64,000 nucleotides of DNA from a virus (IMGVR_UViG_3300013121_000010:13903-77902), one strand, 5' to 3'. Positions 38,976 to 48,698 are shown, counted from the stretch's first letter. The notes: generated from the letters alone by a model not told the origin. Translations and numbers: made by a program.

Positions 38976-39904
38976 TTTATAGTTTCCTTCAAACCATCTT
39001 TTAATGAAATTTCTGGTTTAAAACCAAAATTATTGTAAGCTTTTGTTATATCTAATAATCTTTTTGGTTGACCATCTGGTTTTGATGTATTAAACGTTAT
39101 AATTCCTCTATAATCAACTATTTCTTTTATTAAGTATGACAAATCTCTTATTGAAATATCAACTCCACAACCGATATTTATAGGCTCATAACCATCATAA
39201 TCTTGTGTTGCTAAAGCTATTGCTCTAGCAGCATCTTTAACATGAATGAACTCTCTGGTAGCATAACCTGTACCCCAAACTTCTACATTTTTCAATTCTT
39301 TATTTCTAGCATGAATAAATTTCTTTATTAAAGCTGGTATTACATGAGAAGTTTTTTCATCAAAATTATCACCTGGACCATATAAATTAACAGGTATTAA
39401 GTTGATAGCATTAAACAACCCAGCTTTTTTATGCTGTATTAATAACTCCATTATTGTTTTTTTAGCGATACCATAAGCAGCATTTGTTTCTTCTGGATAA
39501 CCATTCCACAAATCTTCTTCTTTAAAAGGAGTTTTAGCGAACTTTGGATATGAACAAACTGTACCTATTTGTACTAACTTACCAGTTTCTCTAAATCTTT
39601 TACTTTGGTATAACGCAGTAAATAGATTAAGTCCAATGGTTAAATTTTTCCTCATAAATTCAGGTGAGCGATTGGCATTAGCACCAATACCACCAACCAC
39701 AGCAGCTAAATTTATTACTATGTCTGGTTTTAGGTAATATTTAGATGTACTATATGTAAAACATTTCTTTGTTTTTGCTAAATCTGTTAAATCACAATCT
39801 TTGCTACTCAATGGAAATACATAATCATGCTTTGTTCTTAGAATATATTCTGTTAAATGCCTACCTAAAAATCCAGTCCCACCAGTTATAACAATTCTTG
39901 ACAT
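38948..39904 (-). CDS. fcl: GDP-L-fucose synthase
   Basis: ITGGTGFLG, LAAVVGGIGAN, IGTVCSYPK, YGIAK, PVNLYGPGDNF..SHVIPALI, VWGTG.A.REFIHV, KPDGQPKRLLD. Confidence 0.95.
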   Translation of the reverse strand: MSRIVITGGTGFLGRHLTEYILRTKHDYVFPLSSKDCDLTDLAKTKKCFTYSTSKYYLKPDIVINLAAVVGGIGANANRSPEFMRKNLTIGLNLFTALYQSKRFRETGKLVQIGTVCSYPKFAKTPFKEEDLWNGYPEETNAAYGIAKKTIMELLIQHKKAGLFNAINLIPVNLYGPGDNFDEKTSHVIPALIKKFIHARNKELKNVEVWGTGYATREFIHVKDAARAIALATQDYDGYEPINIGCGVDISIRDLSYLIKEIVDYRGIITFNTSKPDGQPKRLLDITKAYNNFGFKPEISLKDGLKETIKWYEELCKE

Positions 39905-40902
39905 TTTTTAGCCTCTTCCTTAAAACCTAAAGTTTCCCACATATCTCTTACTCTATGAATATAAGTGTGGTTTTTAATTACGGTATTATAAGCAGAATCA
40001 ATAAATGGTTGACGTAAATCTGGATTTGTTACAAAATTATGAACTTGGTCAAAGAAATCATCTGGTGAATCTACAAATACAATTTCATTATTATTGAATA
40101 TATCTTGTTCGGCAGACTCTAATTTCGGTGATATTTGAAATGCTTTACAAGCTGCTAACTTGAAAAATCTTTCGTTTACTTCAAAACCAAACTCTCTAGC
40201 GTGCGGTTCAGATATATTTGGGCATATAGTAGCAGAAGAGAATAGTTTATTTGCTGTTTTATTTGAGCATAAACCCATGAATTGTGGAACCGGCCAAGGT
40301 TGATTGCCAAAAATTTTAATATTGTATCTATTTACATAATAACACAAAGGTAAGATATATTTATCTAACTCTATAGCCTTATATTTCCAATAACCGCCAA
40401 CAAAACCTATATCACACTCTAATTCTTTAGTTTTTTGCTCTATTGTATGATTAAATGTGTCGGCAGCGGGTAAACCTTCAACTAATTTAATACCGAACTT
40501 TTCCTGCCAGTAATTCATAGTATTAAAATATCTATTTTTATGATAGAAATTAAAAATACCATCAACCCTTTTTAAAGACTCTACATCTTTAATCTCACTT
40601 TCAGATGCTATACCAATAGGAAATTTCTTTGTATCTATTTCTTTATCTATACTACCATAATTGTTTCCTTTTAATAAAACAATCATTTCTGGTCTATTAT
40701 TTAAACAATATTTTACAGCGTCATTTAATTCATAGGTTGTCCCTATATACATATCAGGTTCATAAACATTAAATACGTCAACAATATTTTCCTGCTTTGG
40801 GTTTATATAGTTAAATTCGTGACCAGTTCTTAAGAATACTTGTCTCCACCCTTCTATTATATGGTATAGAGCATTTGAAAATCTATTAGCTATTATCTTC
40901 AT
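39886..40902 (-). CDS. GT-B glycosyltransferase (CgeB/YkvP-like)
   Basis: DIGFVGG, PNISEPH, NERFFKLAACKAFQIS, HTYIHRV. Confidence 0.75.
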   Translation of the reverse strand: MKIIANRFSNALYHIIEGWRQVFLRTGHEFNYINPKQENIVDVFNVYEPDMYIGTTYELNDAVKYCLNNRPEMIVLLKGNNYGSIDKEIDTKKFPIGIASESEIKDVESLKRVDGIFNFYHKNRYFNTMNYWQEKFGIKLVEGLPAADTFNHTIEQKTKELECDIGFVGGYWKYKAIELDKYILPLCYYVNRYNIKIFGNQPWPVPQFMGLCSNKTANKLFSSATICPNISEPHAREFGFEVNERFFKLAACKAFQISPKLESAEQDIFNNNEIVFVDSPDDFFDQVHNFVTNPDLRQPFIDSAYNTVIKNHTYIHRVRDMWETLGFKEEAKKCQELL

Positions 40903-41275
40903 TATAATTCCTTAATAGTCTTGCTTTGGCTTCTTCTAAACTAACTCTCATTTTTTCTTCTCTTTCTACATTTGGATATACATCTAATGTAAACCCCTTA
41001 CTGGATATAATTGTTACGCCTTTAACAACATCTGTTATTTTGGTTTCACCTTCTATTGTAAATATAATACATTTATCTTTTTCTATAAGGCCGTTAATAA
41101 TATCTAAGTCATTTGATAGATTGTATTTTTGTTTTGTAGGCGACTTTAATCTTTCATATATTTCTACCAAATATTCTTCATTATCTATAATAGTTATTTC
41201 ATAACATTCATTACCGTTTTTTGTTTCTACAATTAAAACATCATTATTATTTAATTTTTCTAAGTTGATTGTCAT
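40886..41275 (-). CDS. Hypothetical protein (129 aa)
   Basis: ORF overlapping both neighbours within the operon. Confidence 0.5.
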   Translation of the reverse strand: MTINLEKLNNNDVLIVETKNGNECYEITIIDNEEYLVEIYERLKSPTKQKYNLSNDLDIINGLIEKDKCIIFTIEGETKITDVVKGVTIISSKGFTLDVYPNVEREEKMRVSLEEAKARLLRNYNEDNS

Positions 41276-41987
41276 ATTCTATAGCCTTATATAATTGAGA
41301 TAAAGTATCTATATCATAAACGCATGATTTTTTAACTTTTATAACTTCAAATTTATGACCTAGATTTATGCATTTATTTAAAATTTCATAAGTAAAACAT
41401 TTATTGTTTTCGTCATCATAGCACTTTTCTCGAAAAATTTCTAGTGTTTTACCTGAAATATAGCATATTTGCGACCATTTTCTATCAGAAATAAAGTTAA
41501 ATCTAGACACTCTATTATTTTCATCTGTTATAAATCCAATCTCATTTTTTTCAATAGAACCATTATCTTCTAAAATTTTGTTTGTATCATTAACATCTAT
41601 ATTTTGTATGCTTTCTTTATTGTAATATAAATCACCCATTATTATTAAACATCTTTTGGTATCTATTACATCTAATCCTAAACCAATACTATAAGCTGTG
41701 TTTGTATCTTCATATCTTTGATTATATACTATCTTAACGTTTTCGTTTTTTAATATCTTTCTGAAAATTTCTATTTGATTTCCACATACTACTGTAATAT
41801 CTGAGTTTGGATATATAGATTTAATGTTTTTTATATTTTTACTTATTAAAGAATCTCCGTTAATATCTAATAGAGATTTATGTGTTTTCATTCTTAACCT
41901 TGTACATAATCCAGCACAAGGCAAGACTACAGAAATTTTATCTTTTAATTGTTCTTTTATAAAATAAATGTTTCTAGTAGCTTCCAT
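41247..41987 (-). CDS. Nucleotidyltransferase (NTP_transferase; LicC-like cytidylyltransferase)
   Basis: VLPCAGLCTRL...KSLL, VYNQRYEDTNTAYS, IIMGDL, YDIDT. Start placed at ATG 41987 to minimise overlap. Confidence 0.75.
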   Translation of the reverse strand: MEATRNIYFIKEQLKDKISVVLPCAGLCTRLRMKTHKSLLDINGDSLISKNIKNIKSIYPNSDITVVCGNQIEIFRKILKNENVKIVYNQRYEDTNTAYSIGLGLDVIDTKRCLIIMGDLYYNKESIQNIDVNDTNKILEDNGSIEKNEIGFITDENNRVSRFNFISDRKWSQICYISGKTLEIFREKCYDDENNKCFTYEILNKCINLGHKFEVIKVKKSCVYDIDTLSQLYKAIEYDNQLRKIK

Positions 41988-42738
41988 TTTGTATTCTATT
42001 TTGGATTTTAGACCAATTTTCTCTCCAAATTTCACTAGGTACAGTATCGCTAGAATTAAACCCAGTTACTCTATAAACATGTAATGGTTCTGCTATATGT
42101 ACAGCTACAAACTTTTTACATATTCTTAACCATAAATCCCAATCTTCTGCCGTTCTCATTGTTTTATCATAAAAACCACATTTTTCTATAGCTATCTTAT
42201 TAATAAGAGGTGTGTTAGATATAATACATTCCTGGCGAAGCCTACTTATAGAAAACGGTTCTCTATATTCATGTATTTTTATATCTTTAACCTCATTATA
42301 AATGAAAGCATCGCTATAAACTATTCCTATTCTATCAATATCTGACGACATAATATATACAGATTTTTTAATCTTCCCAGGTAGATAAAAATCATCTGCA
42401 TCTAACATACAAAATGCATCATTGTTCCAAGCCATTCTTATAAGATTGTTCCTTGCTGAGCTTGGTCCAGATGGGTTAGGATTGTTAAAAAGAATTAAAG
42501 GAATATTTTGGTATTTACCAAATATAGTATTTCCATCTATTTGATTTTTGTCAGTTATTAGATTATTTATTAATTCTAAAGAATAGTCTGTAGAACCTTC
42601 ATTAGAAACATAAATACATAAATTGTCATATTTTTGTTTAACAACACTATTTAAAGCTTTAGTTATATATCTACCATGATTAAAACAAGGAATTATAACG
42701 CCAACTCTTAACTCATCTTTTTGACTAGGTTCTTGCAT
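41974..42738 (-). CDS. Family 2 glycosyltransferase
   Basis: VIIPCFN, EGSTD, GPSSARN, MLDADD (DxD), EDWDLWLR. Confidence 0.9.
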   Translation of the reverse strand: MQEPSQKDELRVGVIIPCFNHGRYITKALNSVVKQKYDNLCIYVSNEGSTDYSLELINNLITDKNQIDGNTIFGKYQNIPLILFNNPNPSGPSSARNNLIRMAWNNDAFCMLDADDFYLPGKIKKSVYIMSSDIDRIGIVYSDAFIYNEVKDIKIHEYREPFSISRLRQECIISNTPLINKIAIEKCGFYDKTMRTAEDWDLWLRICKKFVAVHIAEPLHVYRVTGFNSSDTVPSEIWRENWSKIQNRIQNGSY

Positions 42739-43454
42739 TTTTGTACTCTTGTTAATACTTTTAGTTTTCTAATAGCGTGTTCGTTAAGATGACCCCTAAT
42801 AAATTTAAATGTTTTTGATTGATATATTATTGGTAGTCCTGGTTTATTTGATAAACATAAAAATTTTTCATCATTTAATATAATTCTTTGTTTTAATTGA
42901 TTAACTATATCTTTGGAAATTAGATTAACCTTATCACTATCAACTACACAGAAATATACTGTGTTTACCTTCTTAGAACAGATGTTTTCTGCTTCTTGTC
43001 TTAATAAATTTTTTCTAGTTTTTTTATCAAACAATATTTGTTCGCACGACCAATTAAATTTACAACCACCATCAAAAAAGAATAAAGGTTCTATTTTTGA
43101 ATGATTCATAAAAATTACTGATGATGGCATTGGAGACATACTATTTATTTCATTAATAGTTTCTTTAATTTCACTTTCTTTAGCATTTTTATGTATAAAT
43201 ACTAATAGTGTTAAGTCAATTTTTAATTCATCTAATGCTATATCAAGATAAGTTTTATTGCCACATAATAATTCTTTCTTAGCTTCTTTCCATCCACTTG
43301 GCCTTCTAAACATACAAAAATTATTTATAACAACGAATTTATCGCCATCGTGTTCACACACTTCCTTTTCAATATTATCATGTAGTGAAAATTCGCAGTC
43401 TAATCCTTTTCTAAACTCACAATATTGACATGATGTTTTAATCTTATTTGACAT
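42708..43454 (-). CDS. Hypothetical protein (248 aa), N-terminal Cys motifs
   Basis: SCQYCEF and FCMFRR; remainder weakly GT-A-like, with no clear DxD. Confidence 0.5.
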   Translation of the reverse strand: MSNKIKTSCQYCEFRKGLDCEFSLHDNIEKEVCEHDGDKFVVINNFCMFRRPSGWKEAKKELLCGNKTYLDIALDELKIDLTLLVFIHKNAKESEIKETINEINSMSPMPSSVIFMNHSKIEPLFFFDGGCKFNWSCEQILFDKKTRKNLLRQEAENICSKKVNTVYFCVVDSDKVNLISKDIVNQLKQRIILNDEKFLCLSNKPGLPIIYQSKTFKFIRGHLNEHAIRKLKVLTRVQKCKNLVKKMS

Positions 43455-43863
43455 ATTCTTTTTTCCCTATAATTAACCATTTATCTTGTTGTGGTATATA
43501 ACGAGCTATTATATTAAAACCAACCTGTTGCATTATTTCACTTATATAGTCTAATGTATAAATACCATGAATATATTCTTTGTATAGTGCATTATTTAAA
43601 TCTTTTATTGATAGGTTATAATTATTGAATTCTCTTAAAATCATTCTTGGGTTAGTACCCATTATATTTATAATTCCACCTTTTATACTTAAAAGGCTTA
43701 AACATGCTTTAAGAAAATTATGCAATTCTTCTATTTTTAACATAGATATTTCATTGATTGTTATTTCATCTATTGTGCCAGGAATATATTTAGCATTTGG
43801 ATTAAATCTTTCATAACCTACAATCTCTTTACATTCTGGTGTCATCAACATTAGTTTAGTCAT
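43444..43863 (-). CDS. Hypothetical protein, possibly a degenerate methyltransferase fold
   Basis: FLKACLSLL..GGIINI..TN and YISEIMQQVGF resemble C-terminal MTase elements; no SAM-binding GxG motif. Confidence 0.4.
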   Translation of the reverse strand: MTKLMLMTPECKEIVGYERFNPNAKYIPGTIDEITINEISMLKIEELHNFLKACLSLLSIKGGIINIMGTNPRMILREFNNYNLSIKDLNNALYKEYIHGIYTLDYISEIMQQVGFNIIARYIPQQDKWLIIGKKEYVK

Positions 43864-44860
43864 TTAACACGCTCCTAAATATTTTATCCCATTCTTTAGT
43901 AAATCTATCTAAATTGAATTTTTCCACTATTGTTTTCCTTGCGTTTTCCCCTAACTTATTTCTTAAATTAACGTCTTTTCTTAATAAATCAATGTGAGAA
44001 CGTAATTCTTCCGCTGTATTACCAAGCAAACCATTCTCGCCATGATTTATAAATTCAGGAATCATGCAATTATTTGTCGAAACAACCGCACAACCACAAG
44101 ACATAGCTTCTAATAATACTGTTGGTACAGGTGATATTAATGATGTATTTAAGAATATGGAACTGCGTTGATATTCCTTTATTAAATAGTCTGTATTTTC
44201 AGCACTTACTGATAAACCTTCTGTATCACCCCAAATATTTAAAGGTAAGTCCGAGTTAGGCCATTTTGTTATTTGTTGCCAAAGTCTAAAACCGCAAAAA
44301 ATATCTCTATTTATCCAATCATTTACAACCGAACAAATTAAATCACTTCGTTCTTTTTTATCATTTGGCTTAAAATAATCAGTGTCTAAACCATGTCTTA
44401 CAACTCTAACATTTTCATCATTTAATGACCATCCCCATTTTTCTACAGAATATTCTGATATAAAAACATCAATGTCTCCACTCATAGACCTTAGGTATTG
44501 TTGAGAAGCAGAAGAAATATTAGGTATTGGTAATGTATGCTCAAGAGTAACTAATGGAACTTGTAAAATATTAGCGGCTTGCTTTGCTAGTTCATACTGT
44601 CCGAATTTATTCTGTGAGAATACCAAATCAATGTCAACCCAAGGCGGTACGCTGCCACCAGACATTAAAAAATAGTTTTTTGGCACAGGAGAGTACTTTG
44701 TGTTCCAACTTTTAATATTTTTACCTTGTATTGCATAAAAGTTATGTCCGGTATGAGCTAAGTGAGTTTCATATCTTTCATGTGTTGGCATACACAATAT
44801 ATTCAACTTTTCATCATTTTTTCTTGTTGACTTTCTAAGTATACTTCTTACTGTTTGCAT
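43856..44860 (-). CDS. GT4 (GT-B) glycosyltransferase
   Basis: VRHGLDTDYF, IFLNTS..SP.P..LLEAMSCGCAVVST, GENGLL. Confidence 0.88.
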   Translation of the reverse strand: MQTVRSILRKSTRKNDEKLNILCMPTHERYETHLAHTGHNFYAIQGKNIKSWNTKYSPVPKNYFLMSGGSVPPWVDIDLVFSQNKFGQYELAKQAANILQVPLVTLEHTLPIPNISSASQQYLRSMSGDIDVFISEYSVEKWGWSLNDENVRVVRHGLDTDYFKPNDKKERSDLICSVVNDWINRDIFCGFRLWQQITKWPNSDLPLNIWGDTEGLSVSAENTDYLIKEYQRSSIFLNTSLISPVPTVLLEAMSCGCAVVSTNNCMIPEFINHGENGLLGNTAEELRSHIDLLRKDVNLRNKLGENARKTIVEKFNLDRFTKEWDKIFRSVLND

Positions 44861-45399
44861 TATACAATAGCTCCAACACTTACATTTGATTTAACTTTAT
44901 TTCTTATTCTTTCAACCACTTCATCAAGCTTAACAAAGTTATGTCCAAAATTACTAATCATATTTTCATACATTCTTTGTATAACAGGTATTAAATCTGA
45001 TTGATTAGTGTTTTTAGCTCTGTTTATACACTCTCCAATATCAGTTTTTATTGGTACTACAATAGCCTCATTGTTAAAATAAAACCATTTTATTAAGCTT
45101 TCTTCTGTTGTGTTTGTACAATCTACAAGCACATCATAATTATCATTTAATAATGTTTTTACCATTATTTGAGCGGTAGCATGAACAAATGGTTCTACAT
45201 GCCAATTAAAACGATGACCAAGACTTAATCTTATTGAATCTGGTGAAACAACTACTCTTTTAGGTATAAAATTACCTTCTTGCATAAAGAATTTTGTTCT
45301 ACCTATTTCATCAATTGATATTAAGTATTCAGACCAATTTTTTGCTATAGTAGACTTTCCAGAACGCGGTAAACCGCACATTACATAGAGCTTAGACAT
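44860..45399 (-). CDS. P-loop kinase (AAA_33 / polynucleotide kinase-like)
   Basis: VMCGLPRSGKST Walker A, SPDSIR, VLVDCTN, ECINRA. Confidence 0.8.
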   Translation of the reverse strand: MSKLYVMCGLPRSGKSTIAKNWSEYLISIDEIGRTKFFMQEGNFIPKRVVVSPDSIRLSLGHRFNWHVEPFVHATAQIMVKTLLNDNYDVLVDCTNTTEESLIKWFYFNNEAIVVPIKTDIGECINRAKNTNQSDLIPVIQRMYENMISNFGHNFVKLDEVVERIRNKVKSNVSVGAIV

Positions 45400-46499
45400 T
45401 TCTTCATTTTACTCCCAATCACTTGATACGAAAAATTATATGATTTTTTAAAGTTATCGTTACACTTATCCTTATATTCATCAGTTTTGCTAATATAGAA
45501 TGATATTCTCATTTTTTTTCTTAATTCATTTATATCAATAGAATCCCATTCTTCATTACCAACATAAATGTCTCCAATAGCACTTCCTGTCATACCAACA
45601 ACAAATTCTCTATTAGTTTTAACTAAATCATCTGGGCCAACAAATGCTCTATGTCCACTAGTATTAGATGCTATAACCATATTACCAAAACTCATAGCAT
45701 CAAATAATGGTATATTCCAACCCTCACCATAACTAGTAGCTACAAAACAATTACATGTTTTATGTAGAGAACAAATTTCAGTTTCGCTTAATCTTTTACA
45801 AATTATAGTTTCGCCAATATATGTTGACTCATCTTTATAGAGCTTTAAATTTCTCTTTAATTCATTACAAACATTAGATATTGCTTGATAAGATTCTTGT
45901 TGATTTAGTCCTGGCACAGATGTTTTGATAAGTAGTTCAACAGGTTCATCTGGTTTAAATTCTAAATGAAAAGCTTTTAGTACAGCTAATAAATTTTTTC
46001 TTCTGGTAAATTCACCCATCCAATAAAATACATATTTGTTTTTAAAGTGAGGTATGTCCAACTTATCATAATTTAATTGATATTTTGAGGTATCACATGG
46101 AACATTAATAACTTCTATAGGTATTGTAACCCCACTATTTAATGACGCTTCTTTGTTTTGCTTACATGGAACCCAAGCAGCATCCATCATATTGATATGT
46201 TCTGTCCATGATGAATTTTTAAAGTGAGAAGTCTCTGTAAAGTAACATCCTATATTTTTAAATCTTTTATCATTTACAAAGTGATGTGGTAGACTATTTT
46301 GTATTACAAAATTACACCCCTTAGATGATTGTTCTTCCAACTCTTTTATTCTATTTGGAACTTCACCATTTATATTATTAAGTTTCAAATAACGAGGAAC
46401 AACATCTATATTTACAGAATCTAAAGCAAGAATATTATTAATAGCTGAATGTGACCAACCAGTACCATCACGATAAGGAGCTATGTACAAAACTTTCAT
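45381..46499 (-). CDS. GT4 (GT-B) glycosyltransferase
   Basis: RRKNL, CFVATSYGEGWNIPLFDAMSFG. Confidence 0.88.
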   Translation of the reverse strand: MKVLYIAPYRDGTGWSHSAINNILALDSVNIDVVPRYLKLNNINGEVPNRIKELEEQSSKGCNFVIQNSLPHHFVNDKRFKNIGCYFTETSHFKNSSWTEHINMMDAAWVPCKQNKEASLNSGVTIPIEVINVPCDTSKYQLNYDKLDIPHFKNKYVFYWMGEFTRRKNLLAVLKAFHLEFKPDEPVELLIKTSVPGLNQQESYQAISNVCNELKRNLKLYKDESTYIGETIICKRLSETEICSLHKTCNCFVATSYGEGWNIPLFDAMSFGNMVIASNTSGHRAFVGPDDLVKTNREFVVGMTGSAIGDIYVGNEEWDSIDINELRKKMRISFYISKTDEYKDKCNDNFKKSYNFSYQVIGSKMKKCLSSM

Positions 46500-48202
46500 T
46501 AAACACCTTCCTTTTTTCTAATTATCCAATATGGTTGAGGTTCATTTATTAAACCAAGTCTTAATTTTTCGTAATAGTTTCTTTTTTCCGCTATTCTTAA
46601 TAAATTATTAATGAAATCTTTTCTAGTAAATGACATATAACGCTGATTATTGGTTATAAAAGACGCTTCATTGAATATTATTTCTGATGTGCCTTTAATA
46701 GCTTCCCCATAATTTAAATCTTTAAGCCATTTCATAGCTTCATACGAATTAATTCTTTCTGGTTCCTTTAGTATTTTTACTAAGCACCAATTTACAAATT
46801 CGTTATTTGGTATATTACTAGGAATTTTATCTAATTCTGGTTCTTGTATATTAGCGTTTTTATCATTCCAGTTGCTTGGTACAACACTATCAAAATAATC
46901 AGACCAAAGTTTTGCTGACTTATCGTAATCGTATGCTTGTAACGCCTTTATCCTCTGTGAATTACCCATTTTAAGCAGAGAAAAAACAGGCATTTTTAAA
47001 TGTTCTGTAATAATATCTGCGGCTTTATTATTATCCGGTAAAGCTCTTTGAGCATTAGTTCCAGTATCCCAAAACATTCTTTGTACTGGTAATCTTATAC
47101 CATCAATATCATTAAGAATAGATGACATTGCAGAATAGTCTACTGCTGCTACTGGCACTCCGCAAAATGCAGCTTCACACTGTGGAATGCCATACCCCTC
47201 GCAATTTGAATATTGAATGTAAATATCAAAGCAATTATATATAGCGGCTAAATCAACAGGGCTAATACCATTTTGAGTATTAGGCATTTTACAAGATATA
47301 TTATTACAATGAGGGCATGTCTTTACTGAATCAGAGAAGAATGAAGGTATTATAGCACCGCATTCAAAACACTTATAAGTAAATAGAACCTTATTTCCTA
47401 TATCAAAATATTTTAAGAAATAAGGAATATCCCAGCCTATATCAGGATAGCATGTATGACAATATAAATAACAGTTAGGTACTTCCTTGCTTATTTTACT
47501 AAAAACTTCAAACAAATCAGGGTACAGTTTACGCCCTTGATTACGCATCACAGTACCAATTATTTTTATGTCATCTTCAAAACCCATCATAGAACGATGA
47601 TTAAACTTATCTTTTACTGGTTTAAAAATTTCCTTATCAGCAGAAGGAGAGGCTATTCCTCTAAAATTTATATTGTTATTTGTTCCATCTAACAATGTTT
47701 GCTTACCAAATTCAGAATAAGAAAAAACCGCATCAGCACTAGAATATGCGTATAACCATTGTTCTTGCAAAGGTGCTGAATCAACTGTTGGCATAACAGC
47801 AAACTTAAAGAATCTTCTTAACGGCGACCTCAGTACATATTCATGCATCCAAAAGTCTCTAAAATCACAAACAACATCAGGTTGAAAGTCTAAACAAGTT
47901 CTTTCAAATCTCCATTCTCCATATTGATTTGTCATATTACTATTATACAAATCGTTTTCTTCTTTGCTTTCGGATGGTAAATTACCATAATATGTCCACG
48001 GAATATCAAACATTCTAGGTGGACCAAATAATCTAATATAATTATCTATTTCATTTTGCAATGGAGCGACATGACCATAACATCCCAATTCAGCTATTTT
48101 ATATTTTCCAGTAGAATATAACCTTTTCATTATTTCTCTACCGTATGTTGAATATCCGGTAGATAAAAAACTAGCTTCGGTTAGAAATAGAATCTTTTTC
48201 AT
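46499..48202 (-). CDS. GT4 (GT-B) glycosyltransferase with a Zn-ribbon insertion (567 aa)
   Basis: VMRNQGRK, YNCFDIYIQYSNCEGYGIPQCEAAFCGVP; inserted CFECG...CPHC. Confidence 0.85.
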   Translation of the reverse strand: MKKILFLTEASFLSTGYSTYGREIMKRLYSTGKYKIAELGCYGHVAPLQNEIDNYIRLFGPPRMFDIPWTYYGNLPSESKEENDLYNSNMTNQYGEWRFERTCLDFQPDVVCDFRDFWMHEYVLRSPLRRFFKFAVMPTVDSAPLQEQWLYAYSSADAVFSYSEFGKQTLLDGTNNNINFRGIASPSADKEIFKPVKDKFNHRSMMGFEDDIKIIGTVMRNQGRKLYPDLFEVFSKISKEVPNCYLYCHTCYPDIGWDIPYFLKYFDIGNKVLFTYKCFECGAIIPSFFSDSVKTCPHCNNISCKMPNTQNGISPVDLAAIYNCFDIYIQYSNCEGYGIPQCEAAFCGVPVAAVDYSAMSSILNDIDGIRLPVQRMFWDTGTNAQRALPDNNKAADIITEHLKMPVFSLLKMGNSQRIKALQAYDYDKSAKLWSDYFDSVVPSNWNDKNANIQEPELDKIPSNIPNNEFVNWCLVKILKEPERINSYEAMKWLKDLNYGEAIKGTSEIIFNEASFITNNQRYMSFTRKDFINNLLRIAEKRNYYEKLRLGLINEPQPYWIIRKKEGV

Positions 48203-48698
48203 TATCTCTTATCCTTTGTATGATATCATTTATCTTTAGGTGTGCCCACTGTCTTGTTTTGTTAAACTCTTTACCTATTTCAGCAAATGAGCAGTTAAGA
48301 TAAAATCTCATATATAGAATTCTCTTTTCTTCTTCAGATATATTATTGTATAATGAATCATCAGAAAAATAACTCAAATATGAATCATCAAAAGTATATT
48401 CATCTTCACTACTTATTTCTATATCATCATTAAATATAGATTCAAGTTTAATTTGTTTTTTTGAAATTCTTTTTAATATTTCTCTATTTATAGCGATAGT
48501 AGCTAAAGTAGATAATTTATTGCCTAGTGACGAATCAAAACATCTAATAGCTTTAAGTAAACCTATAGAACCAATTTGAATTAAATCATCATGGTCATCT
48601 GGAAAATTAGGCTTGTACTTATAAGCTATACTTATGACAAGTGGCATATTGTCAATAATTAGATTTTCTTCGTTTTCTACTTTAAAAAGGAATTTCAT
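48171..48698 (-). CDS. RNA polymerase sigma factor (sigma70 family, regions 2 and 4)
   Basis: NMPLVISIA, DDLIQIGSIGLLKAIRCFD, ILYMRFY...SFAEIGKEF. Confidence 0.9.
   Translation of the reverse strand: MKFLFKVENEENLIIDNMPLVISIAYKYKPNFPDDHDDLIQIGSIGLLKAIRCFDSSLGNKLSTLATIAINREILKRISKKQIKLESIFNDDIEISSEDEYTFDDSYLSYFSDDSLYNNISEEEKRILYMRFYLNCSFAEIGKEFNKTRQWAHLKINDIIQRIRDNEKDSISNRS

Noticed and set aside
33743-48202. Bacterial LPS/EPS locus or a chimeric host fragment
   Set aside because: No flippase, polymerase or exporter genes; it is continuous and overlapping with phage replication genes, in the same orientation and with similar composition.
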